From Candidatus Nomurabacteria bacterium (GTDB lineage: Bacteria; Patescibacteriota; WWE3; UBA101185; UBA10185), in assembly GCA_020631855.1 (NCBI GenBank), contig JACKGU010000001.1:167601-231600 (forward strand): 64,000 nucleotides of DNA, written 5' to 3'. The notes beneath the pieces are model-generated. The model searched no databases. It saw nothing but the letters and a program-made list of their open reading frames with translations, and had not been told where the DNA came from. Made by a program: the position numbers and the translations under genes. Each line of letters begins with the position of its first letter. Position 1 is the stretch's first letter. This document shows positions 27,503 to 37,210 of this stretch, piece after piece.

Positions 27503-28813
27503 CTACAGCTTGATCGTGTCTTGTTTTTGTTTTCCGGTTTCAAGATCTTTTATAATGGCGGATTTTGTAGCTATTTCCTCAGGGCCAATTAAAACTACGT
27601 TTTTAACACCCATTTTATCAGCATATTTTAGTTGTTTTTCCAGTTTCGTATTTTGTTCTAACCAAGTTAGAACCTTAAAGCCCTTAGATCTTAAATAATT
27701 AGCATAGCTTTGAGATATAGAAAAATAAGAATCGCTTTCTTCCTTATTTTCAACAGGCCACAGAGTTACAAGGTAGTCAAAAGCGCTGTCAAAATGGGGC
27801 AAAAGATTCCACCCTACTAAAAATTCCAACAAGGTCATGTCTCCTAAGGCAAAGCCGGTAGATGGAAGTTCCACATCAGCAAATATTTCAATAAGTTTAT
27901 CAAAACGTTCTCCGCCAAATAGGGACCTTCTATTATCCGGGCTTAGGTCAAAAACCTCGTAGACCATGCCGTCGCTGTAATCAAAGCCTCTGATTATTGA
28001 GGGGTCAAACTCACAGTAAGGCTTTAATCCGGCATTTTCGATCAGTTTAAATACTTCGGTAATTGCAACGTATCCCTTGTTTTCATATAAAGTATTTTGA
28101 GGTATTATGCTCGGTAATCCTTCAAGATTAGAGTTCATAAAGCCGACCACTTTTTCTGTCTGCTCTTCGTTTAGTCCTATTTCTCTAAGGCCTTCTCTAA
28201 AGTCCTTCTCAGGCATTTTAGTTTTCTTATCCATAAATTTTCTAGTTTGAAGTTGTATATTTTCTTCGAGTTTTAAAACGTCTTGAAGTAGCGCCGAAAT
28301 AAGTCTTCTATCGCTTATTTTTAATCTAAACATATTAGAAGTTGCTCCAAAAGTTTGCATTAGGAAAATTATGATTGAGAAGATTTCAAAATCGGCAGTA
28401 ACTGCCCCCACCCCAAAAATGTTAACTTCTAGTTGGTAGAATTCTCGGCCCCGGCCTTTTTGTGGCTTCTCATATCTCCAATTGTTGCCTATCATGTACC
28501 ATCTTAGAGGCTTAGTAAGAGCCTTGTATCGTTGCGCAATCATTCTTACTGTTCCTGGAGTAAGTTCGGGTCTGATCGCTATCTTGCGGTTTCCTGCATC
28601 AACTAGTGAAAGCAGCTGGTTGTTTACTATTTCTTCTCCGGTTTTTGCCGCAAAGATCTCAAAAGGTTCCAGAATGGGAAAGCTGTATTCTTGGTATCCA
28701 AAGCTTTTGCAGACCTTTTTCCATGTATCGAAGATATAGTTTTGAATAAGCATGTCCTCAGGATAAAAATCTCTAGCTCCTTTGTAAGGTTGAGTTGATA
28801 ATTTATCTTTCAT
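27503..28813 (-). CDS. hisS: Histidyl-tRNA synthetase.
   Basis: It has class-II aaRS motifs (RPELTPGTVR, FYQLEVNIFG, GGERFDKL) and an anticodon-binding C-terminus. Confidence 0.85.
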   Translation of the reverse strand: MKDKLSTQPYKGARDFYPEDMLIQNYIFDTWKKVCKSFGYQEYSFPILEPFEIFAAKTGEEIVNNQLLSLVDAGNRKIAIRPELTPGTVRMIAQRYKALTKPLRWYMIGNNWRYEKPQKGRGREFYQLEVNIFGVGAVTADFEIFSIIIFLMQTFGATSNMFRLKISDRRLISALLQDVLKLEENIQLQTRKFMDKKTKMPEKDFREGLREIGLNEEQTEKVVGFMNSNLEGLPSIIPQNTLYENKGYVAITEVFKLIENAGLKPYCEFDPSIIRGFDYSDGMVYEVFDLSPDNRRSLFGGERFDKLIEIFADVELPSTGFALGDMTLLEFLVGWNLLPHFDSAFDYLVTLWPVENKEESDSYFSISQSYANYLRSKGFKVLTWLEQNTKLEKQLKYADKMGVKNVVLIGPEEIATKSAIIKDLETGKQKQDTIKL

Positions 28814-28964
28814 ATTTAATCCTTCTTTAATTTTGCAGACTGAAGTTTGTGTCGAGTGCTACAATTTTGCCTGCTTTCTTTATTATATTACATAAAATTA
28901 GAATAATTTACACCGAAGCATTCTATAATTAATTTTCAGAGCAAGCTGATTCTGAGAATAGCCA

Positions 28965-29492
28965 CTAATCCTGATTTAGGCTTAAGATTTCTACAACCTC
29001 AAATTCTTTGCCAAGCGCTTTTTCCGCTTTTTCTATTTGCGACAGCTGTCTTGGAAAGTTTACGAGGGTTCTATCCGGAATGATTATTACATCGGGATTT
29101 AGCTGTACATATCTTTGAGTTTGAATCTCAAACGAGGCGTCGGAGTTGTAGTCATTGAGGCTAGAATCCAACCTCACTACGTAATCGACGCTTTTTTGCT
29201 GAAGCATCATTTGGAGCCTATTCTCGTAAGAATTGATGGCCGTGGGAACTTTTTTGATTGCTTTGAGGGTTTCGGTTGTCTCCATGCCGACAAAGAGTGT
29301 GTCGCAGTAATTTTTGGCTATCGTTAGATAGTTTATGTGCCCGATATGTAGCATATCAAAAATACCCGAGAGGTAGCCACATTTGATTTTTTGTTTTTTA
29401 AGTATGTTTATACGTTTTATAGCTGTTGAAAACGACAGTATGTTTGTGTTTAAAAAAAGAAAATTATCGGTATTCGCTGTAAGCAAGTGCAT
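28965..29492 (-). CDS. HxGH nucleotidyltransferase of the cytidylyltransferase type (TagD/RfaE-domain-II-like).
   Basis: GIFDMLHIGHINYL..AKNYCDTLFVGM matches G.FD.LH.GH...L..A......L.VG. Confidence 0.5.
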   Translation of the reverse strand: MHLLTANTDNFLFLNTNILSFSTAIKRINILKKQKIKCGYLSGIFDMLHIGHINYLTIAKNYCDTLFVGMETTETLKAIKKVPTAINSYENRLQMMLQQKSVDYVVRLDSSLNDYNSDASFEIQTQRYVQLNPDVIIIPDRTLVNFPRQLSQIEKAEKALGKEFEVVEILSLNQD

Positions 29493-29534
29493 GTTTTTAT
29501 TTTATCAAATCGGCTTTTATTGTATGCTTTAGAA

Positions 29535-30917
29535 ATGGATATTGTTCATAGATCGCGTCGGTTGGCAGCAGGCAGGGCAGGGAAGGAGTCTTTCTCCGGA
29601 CCTGTTGTGTATTGGATGAGTAGAGACCAGCGGGTGGGGGGCAACTGGGCCCTGTTATTTGCTCAGAAAATAGCCCTGGAAGCTCGCAAGCCTTTATTGG
29701 TGGTGTTTTGTCTTGTAGACTCGCATTTGACTTCTCAGCGAGGCGATAGGAACTATTCTTATATGCTTGGCGGACTGTCGCTGGTTCGAGAAGATCTTGC
29801 AGACCTAAATATACCCTTTATTATCCTAAATGGAGAGCCTCCCCAGAAATTACTGCAGTTTGTCGAGAAGTTCAGCGTTTCTGCTTTAATAAGCGATTTT
29901 TCCCCTATCAGAGAAGGGAGGGAGTGGCGAAATGGTGTAGCAAAGAAGATTAATTGCTCTTTTTACGAAGTTGACACACATAACATTGTTCCCGCATGGG
30001 TGACGTCGGACAAACAGGAATACTCAGCAAGAACCATAAGAAGCAAGCTTGTCAAAAAGCTGCCAGACTATCTTGTACCATTTAAGGTTGTACAAAGGCA
30101 GAATAGGGAAGTTACCGAAGACTTCCTAACTTTGATACCGAATGAGATTGGTTTTACAAATAAAATATTAAGTGTGAAATCTTACGAAGGTTTAAGTGCA
30201 GTTTCTCCCGAGAGGTTATTACAGGAATTTATAGACTTGAAATTAGACTCATACTCTAGGTCTAGAAACAACCCTTTAGTAGATGGTACCTCTAATCTGT
30301 CAGCCGCACTTCATTTCGGCCATATCTCATCTCAAGGTGTAATTCTAAAGATTATAGAGGAGTTTGGAAAAACGAACAAATATGATGTTCAAAAGTATCT
30401 TGAAAACCCCAAGGGTAACTTTTTCGATGAAATTATAGTGAGAAAGGAGCTGGCGGATAATTTTTGCTTATATAATAAAAACTATGACAATTATCTCGGC
30501 TTTCCCAATTGGGCGCAAAAATCTCTGAACGCGCACCGTGGCGATAAACGAGATACAGTTTATACTATAAGGCAGCTGGAGCAGGCTGAAACACACGATG
30601 ATCTTTGGAATGCGGCTCAGGTTCAGATGGTTTCGACAGGAAAAATGCATGGATATTTGAGAATGTATTGGGCAAAAAAAATTCTCGAGTGGAGCTCGTC
30701 TCCGGAAGAGGCTATTATTTCGTCTATCTATTTAAACGATAAATATGAGCTAGATGGAAGAGATCCAAATGGTTATGCCGGCATTGCGTGGTCGATCGGG
30801 GGACTGCATGATAGGCCTTGGTTCGACCGGCCGATTTTCGGACAAGTAAGATACATGAGTTATAGTGGAATGAAAAGAAAGTTCGATGTTGAATCCTTTG
30901 TAAAGCTTTATGTTTGA
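29535..30917 (+). CDS. phr: Deoxyribodipyrimidine photolyase (class II-like).
   Basis: VVYWMSRDQRVGGNWAL is the hallmark of class II photolyases. The C-terminal FAD-binding region is SAALHFGHIS...W..L. The start at M17 avoids overlap with the divergent upstream gene. Confidence 0.75.
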   Translation: MDIVHRSRRLAAGRAGKESFSGPVVYWMSRDQRVGGNWALLFAQKIALEARKPLLVVFCLVDSHLTSQRGDRNYSYMLGGLSLVREDLADLNIPFIILNGEPPQKLLQFVEKFSVSALISDFSPIREGREWRNGVAKKINCSFYEVDTHNIVPAWVTSDKQEYSARTIRSKLVKKLPDYLVPFKVVQRQNREVTEDFLTLIPNEIGFTNKILSVKSYEGLSAVSPERLLQEFIDLKLDSYSRSRNNPLVDGTSNLSAALHFGHISSQGVILKIIEEFGKTNKYDVQKYLENPKGNFFDEIIVRKELADNFCLYNKNYDNYLGFPNWAQKSLNAHRGDKRDTVYTIRQLEQAETHDDLWNAAQVQMVSTGKMHGYLRMYWAKKILEWSSSPEEAIISSIYLNDKYELDGRDPNGYAGIAWSIGGLHDRPWFDRPIFGQVRYMSYSGMKRKFDVESFVKLYV

Positions 30918-31043
30918 AATCAACCACCACCAGCTTATGCAGGTGGTTTGCTGTAATTTCTTTGCACTGCAAAGCACAACGTGTTGGGCAAACTACACCG
31001 ACTAGCTTACGCAAGTAGTATTAAGTAACGAAACTATAAAACT
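30918..31043 (-). repeat. Conserved ~123-nt intergenic element, copy 4, in inverted orientation.
   Basis: The reverse complement reads TTTATAGTTTCGTTACT...CTACTTGCGTAAGCTAGT...GCTTTGCAGTGCAAAGAAATTACAGCAAACCACCTGCATAAGCTGGTGGTGGTTGATTT. It abuts the photolyase stop codon. Confidence 0.6.
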
Positions 31044-31151
31044 AGGGGACGCAGTCTCTTGAGCCTTGTTGGTTTTTGTCGTTATTTTTTTTTGGTATTT
31101 AGAAGAGGGAAGTTTTGCAGAGAAAAATAAAGTGGGGGGGGCTTTGGGGAG

Positions 31152-31181
31152 AAGAGGGCTACGGCCTTCGGCCGTAGCCCC
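31152..31181. terminator. GC-rich stem-loop between convergent genes.
   Basis: GGGCTACGGCC-TTCG-GCCGTAGCCC is a perfect 11-bp stem with a tetraloop. There is no clean U-tract, so it may act as a bidirectional terminator or a stability element. Confidence 0.4.
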
Positions 31182-31201
31182 TCACTTCTCTACAGTGTGA
31201 G

Positions 31202-34200
31202 TTAGGAAAGCTTTCTTCTAACTCTTATACCTGCTACTGCTGAGGTTAAGCCCAGTACAGTAAGTGCAAGGTTAGTTTCGGCTCCTGTCTCTGGAAGCTC
31301 AGTTATCTCTTTGTTTACGTAACAAACTTTTGCATCTTCGCTTCCTACCTCATCTCCGTCGTAGTAGACTTCGACTTTGTTCTTTACACACTTATCTACG
31401 TTCTCTTTGTCAAATTCAGAGTCTCTGACCTTGACTTCGATTATGAAGGTCTTGGTTTTTCCTTCTTTGAAGTTTTCCCAGTATTCAGTCAGTCCTGATC
31501 CGCCTATTTTCTTAAGTTCGTCAGGTAGGAAGTCTTCCATCTTCATGTTGTCAAGTTCGTCTTTACCTTCGTTTTTAACTCTAATTCTGAACTCTAAGAC
31601 GTCGTCTTTTTTGACATTGGTTACTTTATCTAACCATTCATCGTCGCCCTTGATTCTAACTTCTTTATCAACATCTATCTTTATTTCCTTTTCTTCTTCC
31701 TCTTCATCTTCTATTACTTTCAAGTCAAAATCAGCGTCGTCACATACCTTTTCGTCTTTAGGCATTCCGGCAACTATACATACGATGTTCTCTGAGTCTA
31801 AATTGTGACTTCCTGTATTGTCGTAGTCGACAACTGTGGACACAAAATATACTACTTTAGTTTCACCGATTTTTAATGTGCCTATATCTAAGGTACAGTC
31901 TTTTCCTGCACCTATGCCGTTGCTACATGACCAATCAAATCCGTACGCTTTACTCTTTTCTGCATTATACTCAGTATATGCAGGTACTTTGTCGCTAATT
32001 ACCACATTGGCCAATTCGGTTTCACCGGTGTTTCTTACGCTTATCTTAAAGGCTATATCGTCACCTTTTTCGTATGTAGTGTCGTCTCCGGTTGACTTAG
32101 AGATATCTATATCTTTTTTGATGTCGATTCCCGGTACAGGTACAATATCGTCATCCCAAACCAGCGTATTTGTTACGTCGTCGCAGTATACTTTTTCAAA
32201 GTCCCCTGCTACTTGATCTGTAATACATGCTTGGTTGTAGATTTCATCATCTTCAGATTTTTCGATATCCGATTTGATTTTAGCAACTACTTTTAATGTA
32301 ATTCTTCCGCCTGCATCTAAATCGAACCCGTCTGAGTCTGATCTAATAACCCCTGTAGATTCGTTGTACACAAAATCATTTCTGAAGCTCTCAGGAGATA
32401 CTGACAGAGCAACAGTAGCGTAGTCTATTTCACTAGGTACTGCGTCGTTGAAGGCAACGTCTGTTGCATCGCCCTTACCGACATTTGCAATTCTGATCTC
32501 GTATCTTATCTGTTCGCCTGGTTTGTATACTTTGTTACCATCAAGGTTGACCTTCTCTATTGTTAGTTCAGGTTCTTCTACCACTATGTCTTCCATCATG
32601 CAAAGGTAGTCTTCAGTACACTGAGGATCGCTTGCATTAAATGGGTTGCTACAATCTTGAGTTTCACCTGCAAGATTTGTAAACTCTAGGCTTGCGTGGT
32701 TAGTATACTTTACTGAATTTGCTGGGCAAATTCCATTGCTGTTGTTGTCAGGCATGTCTGTTACTTTAACCTGTGCATATATATCAAACTTAGCATCAGG
32801 CTGTAAGTCTACTGTAGTTATGTTACATACAAGCTCGCTGTTATTTGTAATAAAGTTACACTGGTTGTAGTTGAAACCATCGTAATCGGTTGTCAATTTA
32901 CCTGTGTACTCAAGTACATTGTTATCCACTTCATTTAGGTCATCGTTAATCAACATCGGGTTAGCTCTAACTACTCCTCCGTCTTGCCATGATCCAAAGT
33001 ACGCACCTTCTCCTGTGTTAGTTACACGGAATTTTATCCATGCCTTGTCGTCTACTTTGACTTGGGTAATTTCATTCTGTGAAGGTTTGTCGTTACTATC
33101 TCCATAGAATTTTTTTACTATATCAAGATCAAAGTCTTCTTCTTCAACTCTAAGCAGACAAATGTCTGTAATTGAGCATGAAGGGTCGTTGGCGTCGTCT
33201 GTACAAGTCATTGTGTCGTCGTTTAAGAATACTGTGTTAGGTACTTCGCAGTCCTCGTTTGTTAGGTATCCTTCAAGCACGTTAACTTTGAAATATACTT
33301 TGCTTGTTTCGCCTTTATCTATAGAACCTTCGAATACACAGCTGACATCCTGCCCGCTATTTGTACAAGTAAAGTCGCTGTTTTCAGGCTGATACTGCCC
33401 TTCATATCTAAAGTTATTGGCTAATGTGTCAGACAGTGTTCGTGTTTCGTTGTATACATACTGTCCCTTGGTGTTGTCCAAAGTGAATTCGACCCAAACA
33501 TTTTCGCCTTCGTAAGCTGTTTCTTTTACCTGTGAAGGGTTAGGCTGCCCGTTATTATCGGCAACAAATCTTTTTTGAACTTCGATTTCGCAAGAACCTG
33601 TGTACCAAACAAAGGCATCTTTAGCTAAACAGAAGGTAGGAACCCCGTTTGGATCCAAAGGCCAGTTTGCAGGATCAGAAGGATCTCCACCATTATCTAT
33701 TACTAAGTAGTGTTGGGTAATCATGTCGGTTGTACAGGTTGCGTTGAATATATCCATCTGTACTGTACTTCCGCATGTAAGTCCGGTTCCGGTTTCAATC
33801 TTTTTCTTTTCGTCTAATTGACCTAAGCTTAAAGATCTTCCACTTAATGCTTTATACACATAGTTAGCTGATTTTCCACAGGCTAACCAAGGGTTGCCTC
33901 CGGTGACTTCAGCATCGCAAACGTACGCATGTGCCTTTTCGTTAATGCTGCCGGCTTGGCAATAAGGTGCATTAACATCCAGTTCATATGCTGTTCCGCC
34001 TTCGTATCCTGGGAATGTATAACACTGGCCTTCCTGATTTACAGGGTAGCCTCGGTCGTTACACATAGTTTTACTTAAATCTAACCATCCCGGGTTCCAG
34101 TTGGTGGCTCTAACATCTGTGACGTCATTGAACGGAGGTATAAAGGTAATGTTATTACCGTCTACGTCGTGTGTTCCACAAACGTCTGTGAAGCCGTATT

Positions 34201-34432
34201 CCATGCTTCTCGCCAATACTGGCCCGCCTTGTGTCTGTCTTCCTCCAAAGCTTATATCTAGTGAGCTGATAAGCCCAGCAGAGTAAGCTGCGGTGGCTGA
34301 GGACACTACTGCAACAACAGCAATGACGCTCACGACAGTAGCGCGGCTAAATTTTTTACTTCTTTTTCTGTGAGTCATAGATTTGAACACAGAGAATATT
34401 TTAGAAAAAATACTTTCTTTTCTTTTATTCAT
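31202..34432 (-). CDS. Giant LPXTG-anchored cell-surface protein (1076 aa) with repeated DUF11-like beta-sandwich modules.
   Basis: The C-terminus is LPETG (nt 31283–31297), then a hydrophobic stretch, then RVRRKLS. The N-terminal signal peptide is MNKRKESIFSKIFSV...VVSVIAVVAVV. Internal modules repeat (e.g. VYKPGEQIRYEIRIANVGKGDATDVAFNDAVP and VRNTGETELANVVISDKVP). Confidence 0.8.
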   Translation of the reverse strand: MNKRKESIFSKIFSVFKSMTHRKRSKKFSRATVVSVIAVVAVVSSATAAYSAGLISSLDISFGGRQTQGGPVLARSMEYGFTDVCGTHDVDGNNITFIPPFNDVTDVRATNWNPGWLDLSKTMCNDRGYPVNQEGQCYTFPGYEGGTAYELDVNAPYCQAGSINEKAHAYVCDAEVTGGNPWLACGKSANYVYKALSGRSLSLGQLDEKKKIETGTGLTCGSTVQMDIFNATCTTDMITQHYLVIDNGGDPSDPANWPLDPNGVPTFCLAKDAFVWYTGSCEIEVQKRFVADNNGQPNPSQVKETAYEGENVWVEFTLDNTKGQYVYNETRTLSDTLANNFRYEGQYQPENSDFTCTNSGQDVSCVFEGSIDKGETSKVYFKVNVLEGYLTNEDCEVPNTVFLNDDTMTCTDDANDPSCSITDICLLRVEEEDFDLDIVKKFYGDSNDKPSQNEITQVKVDDKAWIKFRVTNTGEGAYFGSWQDGGVVRANPMLINDDLNEVDNNVLEYTGKLTTDYDGFNYNQCNFITNNSELVCNITTVDLQPDAKFDIYAQVKVTDMPDNNSNGICPANSVKYTNHASLEFTNLAGETQDCSNPFNASDPQCTEDYLCMMEDIVVEEPELTIEKVNLDGNKVYKPGEQIRYEIRIANVGKGDATDVAFNDAVPSEIDYATVALSVSPESFRNDFVYNESTGVIRSDSDGFDLDAGGRITLKVVAKIKSDIEKSEDDEIYNQACITDQVAGDFEKVYCDDVTNTLVWDDDIVPVPGIDIKKDIDISKSTGDDTTYEKGDDIAFKISVRNTGETELANVVISDKVPAYTEYNAEKSKAYGFDWSCSNGIGAGKDCTLDIGTLKIGETKVVYFVSTVVDYDNTGSHNLDSENIVCIVAGMPKDEKVCDDADFDLKVIEDEEEEEKEIKIDVDKEVRIKGDDEWLDKVTNVKKDDVLEFRIRVKNEGKDELDNMKMEDFLPDELKKIGGSGLTEYWENFKEGKTKTFIIEVKVRDSEFDKENVDKCVKNKVEVYYDGDEVGSEDAKVCYVNKEITELPETGAETNLALTVLGLTSAVAGIRVRRKLS

Positions 34433-34890
34433 TTTTTTACGTGGAGGGCAAATCCTACGTCCAAAAACTATAGACCAAAAAGGGTTATTGAAATGGGGCC
34501 TATAGTTCATATAATTTTGAACTGTTGAGATTGTATCATAGAACCCTATAGCAGTCAACTCTAAGGTATAAAGCAATTTCAACATCCCGATGTGGTCTGT
34601 TTCTCGCATTTCTTATTCAGAAATTTATTGTTATATAGTTATTCCCAACTTATTTGTAGATGTCTTTTTGGGGCTCTGTTGCAGCGTTCTCACAGATTGT
34701 CTCTCTGCGTCTAGTTCCCGGAGCTTGGCGGGCGCTTGTGGTTTTATGGCACCCCTCACCCTCGGTCTTATGGCACATATTTGAAATATTTGCTTGTAAT
34801 AATGTAGTACAGAAGTTGAACTTTTAAGTTGGGCCGGGGCACTAAGTAAGTACTTTGAACTCTTCTCTTTATGAAGTAAAATACCTCTGT

Positions 34891-36000
34891 ATGTCTTTAT
34901 CAATAGGGATCGTAGGTCTTCCAAATGTAGGTAAGTCAACTTTATTTAACGCAATGCTTAAAAGGCAAGTAGCGCTAGCGGCTAATTACCCTTTTGCAAC
35001 CATTGAGCCAAATATTGGTATTGTAGACCTTCCTGATGAAAGACTTAATAAACTGGCTGAGGTTGTACTTAAGGAATTTAGGGTGTCTCCCGAAAGAATT
35101 GTGCCCGCGACCGTAAAGTTCGTTGATATAGCGGGCCTTGTTGAAGGTGCCTCTGCCGGAGAAGGATTGGGGAATCAGTTTCTGGGGCATATAAAGGACG
35201 TGAGCGCTATTGTACAGGTTGTTAGGGATTTTTCAGATGAGAATGTAATACGAGAGGGCTCGATAGAGCCGAAGTCTGACATTGAGGTTATAAACACGGA
35301 ACTCATGTTGGCCGACCTCCAGACTATTAATAGTAGAATTGAGCGCCATGCGGGTGTGTTAAAGAAGGAAAAAACTCTTGAAAATCTTCATAAGCAGGAG
35401 CTGTATCTATCTATCAAGGTTGCTTTGGAGAAAGGAGCTTCACTTTTATCTTTAGGTTTTTCATCCGAGGATCTGGAGCTTTTAAAGGATTTACATTTAT
35501 TAAATTTAAAACCTAAAATATATGTTCTGAACTGTGATGAAGATGCTGTAGCGGACGGCACATCTATTCCAAGCCTAGATTTTTTGGAAAGTCACGATAG
35601 TCATGTTGTGAAGTTGTGTGCAAAGATTGAATCCGAGCTATGTTCCCTTTCCGACGAGGACAGAAGTGCTTATATGCGGGAACTGGGGTTATCTGAGAGC
35701 GGCTTGGACGTAGTTATTAAGACAGGCTTTGCTTTGTTGGGACTTCAGACTTATTTTACAGCTGGGCCGAAAGAGGTACGTGCTTGGACTATAAAAAAAG
35801 GAGACAAGGCTCCAAAAGCGGCCGGCGTGATTCACACAGACTTCGAAAAGGGCTTTATTAAGGCTGAGGTTTTTTCATTTGAGGATTTGGTCATGTACGG
35901 TAGCTTCAAGGAGTGTAAGGCCCGTGGGGTAGCTCGCATCGAGGGCAAGGATTATATTATGCAAGAAGGGGATGTAGTGGAATTTAGAGTTAATGCTTAG
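34891..36000 (+). CDS. ychF: Ribosome-binding ATPase YchF.
   Basis: The G1 motif is GIVGLPNVGKST. It has the YchF-specific coiled-coil region and a TGS domain. Confidence 0.9.
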   Translation: MSLSIGIVGLPNVGKSTLFNAMLKRQVALAANYPFATIEPNIGIVDLPDERLNKLAEVVLKEFRVSPERIVPATVKFVDIAGLVEGASAGEGLGNQFLGHIKDVSAIVQVVRDFSDENVIREGSIEPKSDIEVINTELMLADLQTINSRIERHAGVLKKEKTLENLHKQELYLSIKVALEKGASLLSLGFSSEDLELLKDLHLLNLKPKIYVLNCDEDAVADGTSIPSLDFLESHDSHVVKLCAKIESELCSLSDEDRSAYMRELGLSESGLDVVIKTGFALLGLQTYFTAGPKEVRAWTIKKGDKAPKAAGVIHTDFEKGFIKAEVFSFEDLVMYGSFKECKARGVARIEGKDYIMQEGDVVEFRVNA

Positions 36001-36078
36001 GATACTATCTTTAATCTAGTTAGGGTAGAATATCTATAGTAGACATTTAAGAAATCTTTTGTATAATCAATTTGCGTT

Positions 36079-36363
36079 ATGAAACAATACGAATTAATGA
36101 CAATAACAGATATTGATCTTGGTGAAGACGGCTCAAGAGATATATCCAATAAAATTAAAGACTTAATAGCTTCCAAAAAAGGTAAAGTCCTCGATAGTGA
36201 TTTCTGGGGCAAAAGACGATTTGCTTACGAAATAGATCACAAATCGGAGGGTTTTTATGAGGTTATGAATTTCGAGCTACCTGCCGATGCAGTTTCAGCT
36301 TTAAAATCAGAATTAAATTATATTACCGGCTTGGTTAGGTATTTAGTTACAGCAACAAATTAA
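36079..36363 (+). CDS. rpsF: 30S ribosomal protein S6.
   Basis: MKQYELMTI...WGKRRFAYEI matches the S6 consensus. It is in the S6-SSB-S18 gene order. Confidence 0.85.
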   Translation: MKQYELMTITDIDLGEDGSRDISNKIKDLIASKKGKVLDSDFWGKRRFAYEIDHKSEGFYEVMNFELPADAVSALKSELNYITGLVRYLVTATN

Positions 36364-36392
36364 CAGCATATACATATTGCTAAGGAGGTCAA

Positions 36393-36857
36393 ATGACTGC
36401 AAGAGATGTTAACAAAGTTATTTTAATCGGAAATCTTACAAGAGATCCTGAAGTTAGATATACCCCTCAGGGTACTGCTGTTGCAAATTTTACTATTGCA
36501 ACAAATAGATCCTGGTCCATTGATGGTGAGAAAAAGGAAGCTGTAGATTTCCATAATGTTGTAGCATGGAACAAGTTGGCCGAACTTTGTGGCCAGCTTC
36601 TTACAAAAGGTACAAAAGTCTATGTTGAAGGCAGACTTCAAACTAGAAACTGGGTAGGCGATGACGGTGTAAAAAGATATAGAACAGAGATTAATATTGA
36701 TGAAATGATAGTGCTAATCTCAAAAGGATCTTTGGCCGAAGAAGATTCTTACGATGAGACGCATGCTGTAGGAGAAGAGAGGTCCGAAGAGTCAGTAGAT
36801 GGAGTCGATATTGATGATTTATTGAATGAATTAGAAGAAAATTCGGTTGAAGAATAA
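36393..36857 (+). CDS. ssb: Single-stranded DNA-binding protein.
   Basis: It has an OB fold (NKVILIGNLTRDPEVRYTPQGTAVANFTIATN) and an acidic C-terminal tail (DDLLNELEENSVEE). Confidence 0.9.
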   Translation: MTARDVNKVILIGNLTRDPEVRYTPQGTAVANFTIATNRSWSIDGEKKEAVDFHNVVAWNKLAELCGQLLTKGTKVYVEGRLQTRNWVGDDGVKRYRTEINIDEMIVLISKGSLAEEDSYDETHAVGEERSEESVDGVDIDDLLNELEENSVEE

Positions 36858-36858
36858 T

Positions 36859-37095
36859 ATGGCAAAAAGAACAAAACAGAAACAAGTAGAGACTGAATGC
36901 TACTTCACAAAAACAAATACAACTCCTAACTATAAGGATGTACTAATACTTAGAAGATTCATTTCCGATAGGGGCAAGATTATACCTCAGGGTAGGTCCG
37001 GTGTAACTGCAAAGAACCAGAGAGTTCTTTCCCAGGAGATAAAAAAAGCTAGATACATGGCTTTACTTCCTTATACCGATCAACATTCGATATAG
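36859..37095 (+). CDS. rpsR: 30S ribosomal protein S18.
   Basis: It has DVLILRRFISDRGKIIPQGRSGVTAKNQRVLSQEIKKARYMALLPY. Confidence 0.85.
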   Translation: MAKRTKQKQVETECYFTKTNTTPNYKDVLILRRFISDRGKIIPQGRSGVTAKNQRVLSQEIKKARYMALLPYTDQHSI

Positions 37096-37129
37096 TTGCT
37101 CGATCTTTTCGCAAGATAGATGATTTATG

Positions 37130-37166
37130 GGGGCCCCGATCTATGATCGGGGCCCCTCAATTTTTC
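37130..37166 (+). terminator. Rho-independent terminator after rpsR.
   Basis: GGGGCCCCGATC-TAT-GATCGGGGCCCC is a perfect 12-bp stem. It is followed by TCAATTTTTC. Confidence 0.75.
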
Positions 37167-37210
37167 TTGATTTGCTTTCAACACACAGCGTCAAATGTTA
37201 TTATTTTTAC

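Noticed and set aside
28814-28964. Possible T-box leader upstream of hisS (minus strand).
   Set aside because: No T-box consensus (AAUUAGGGUGGUACCGCG) or specifier or antiterminator arrangement is recognisable on either strand.
31377-34286. Several plus-strand ORFs of 60–143 aa inside the LPXTG gene.
   Set aside because: They are antisense to a long, well-supported surface-protein gene. The S/T/L-rich low-complexity products are spurious.
37127-37210. Longer N-terminal extension of the ORF 37127–38236.
   Set aside because: Its first codons (ATG GGG GCC CCG ATC TAT GAT CGG GGC CCC) are the rpsR terminator stem-loop. I took the downstream ATG at 37211 as the start.
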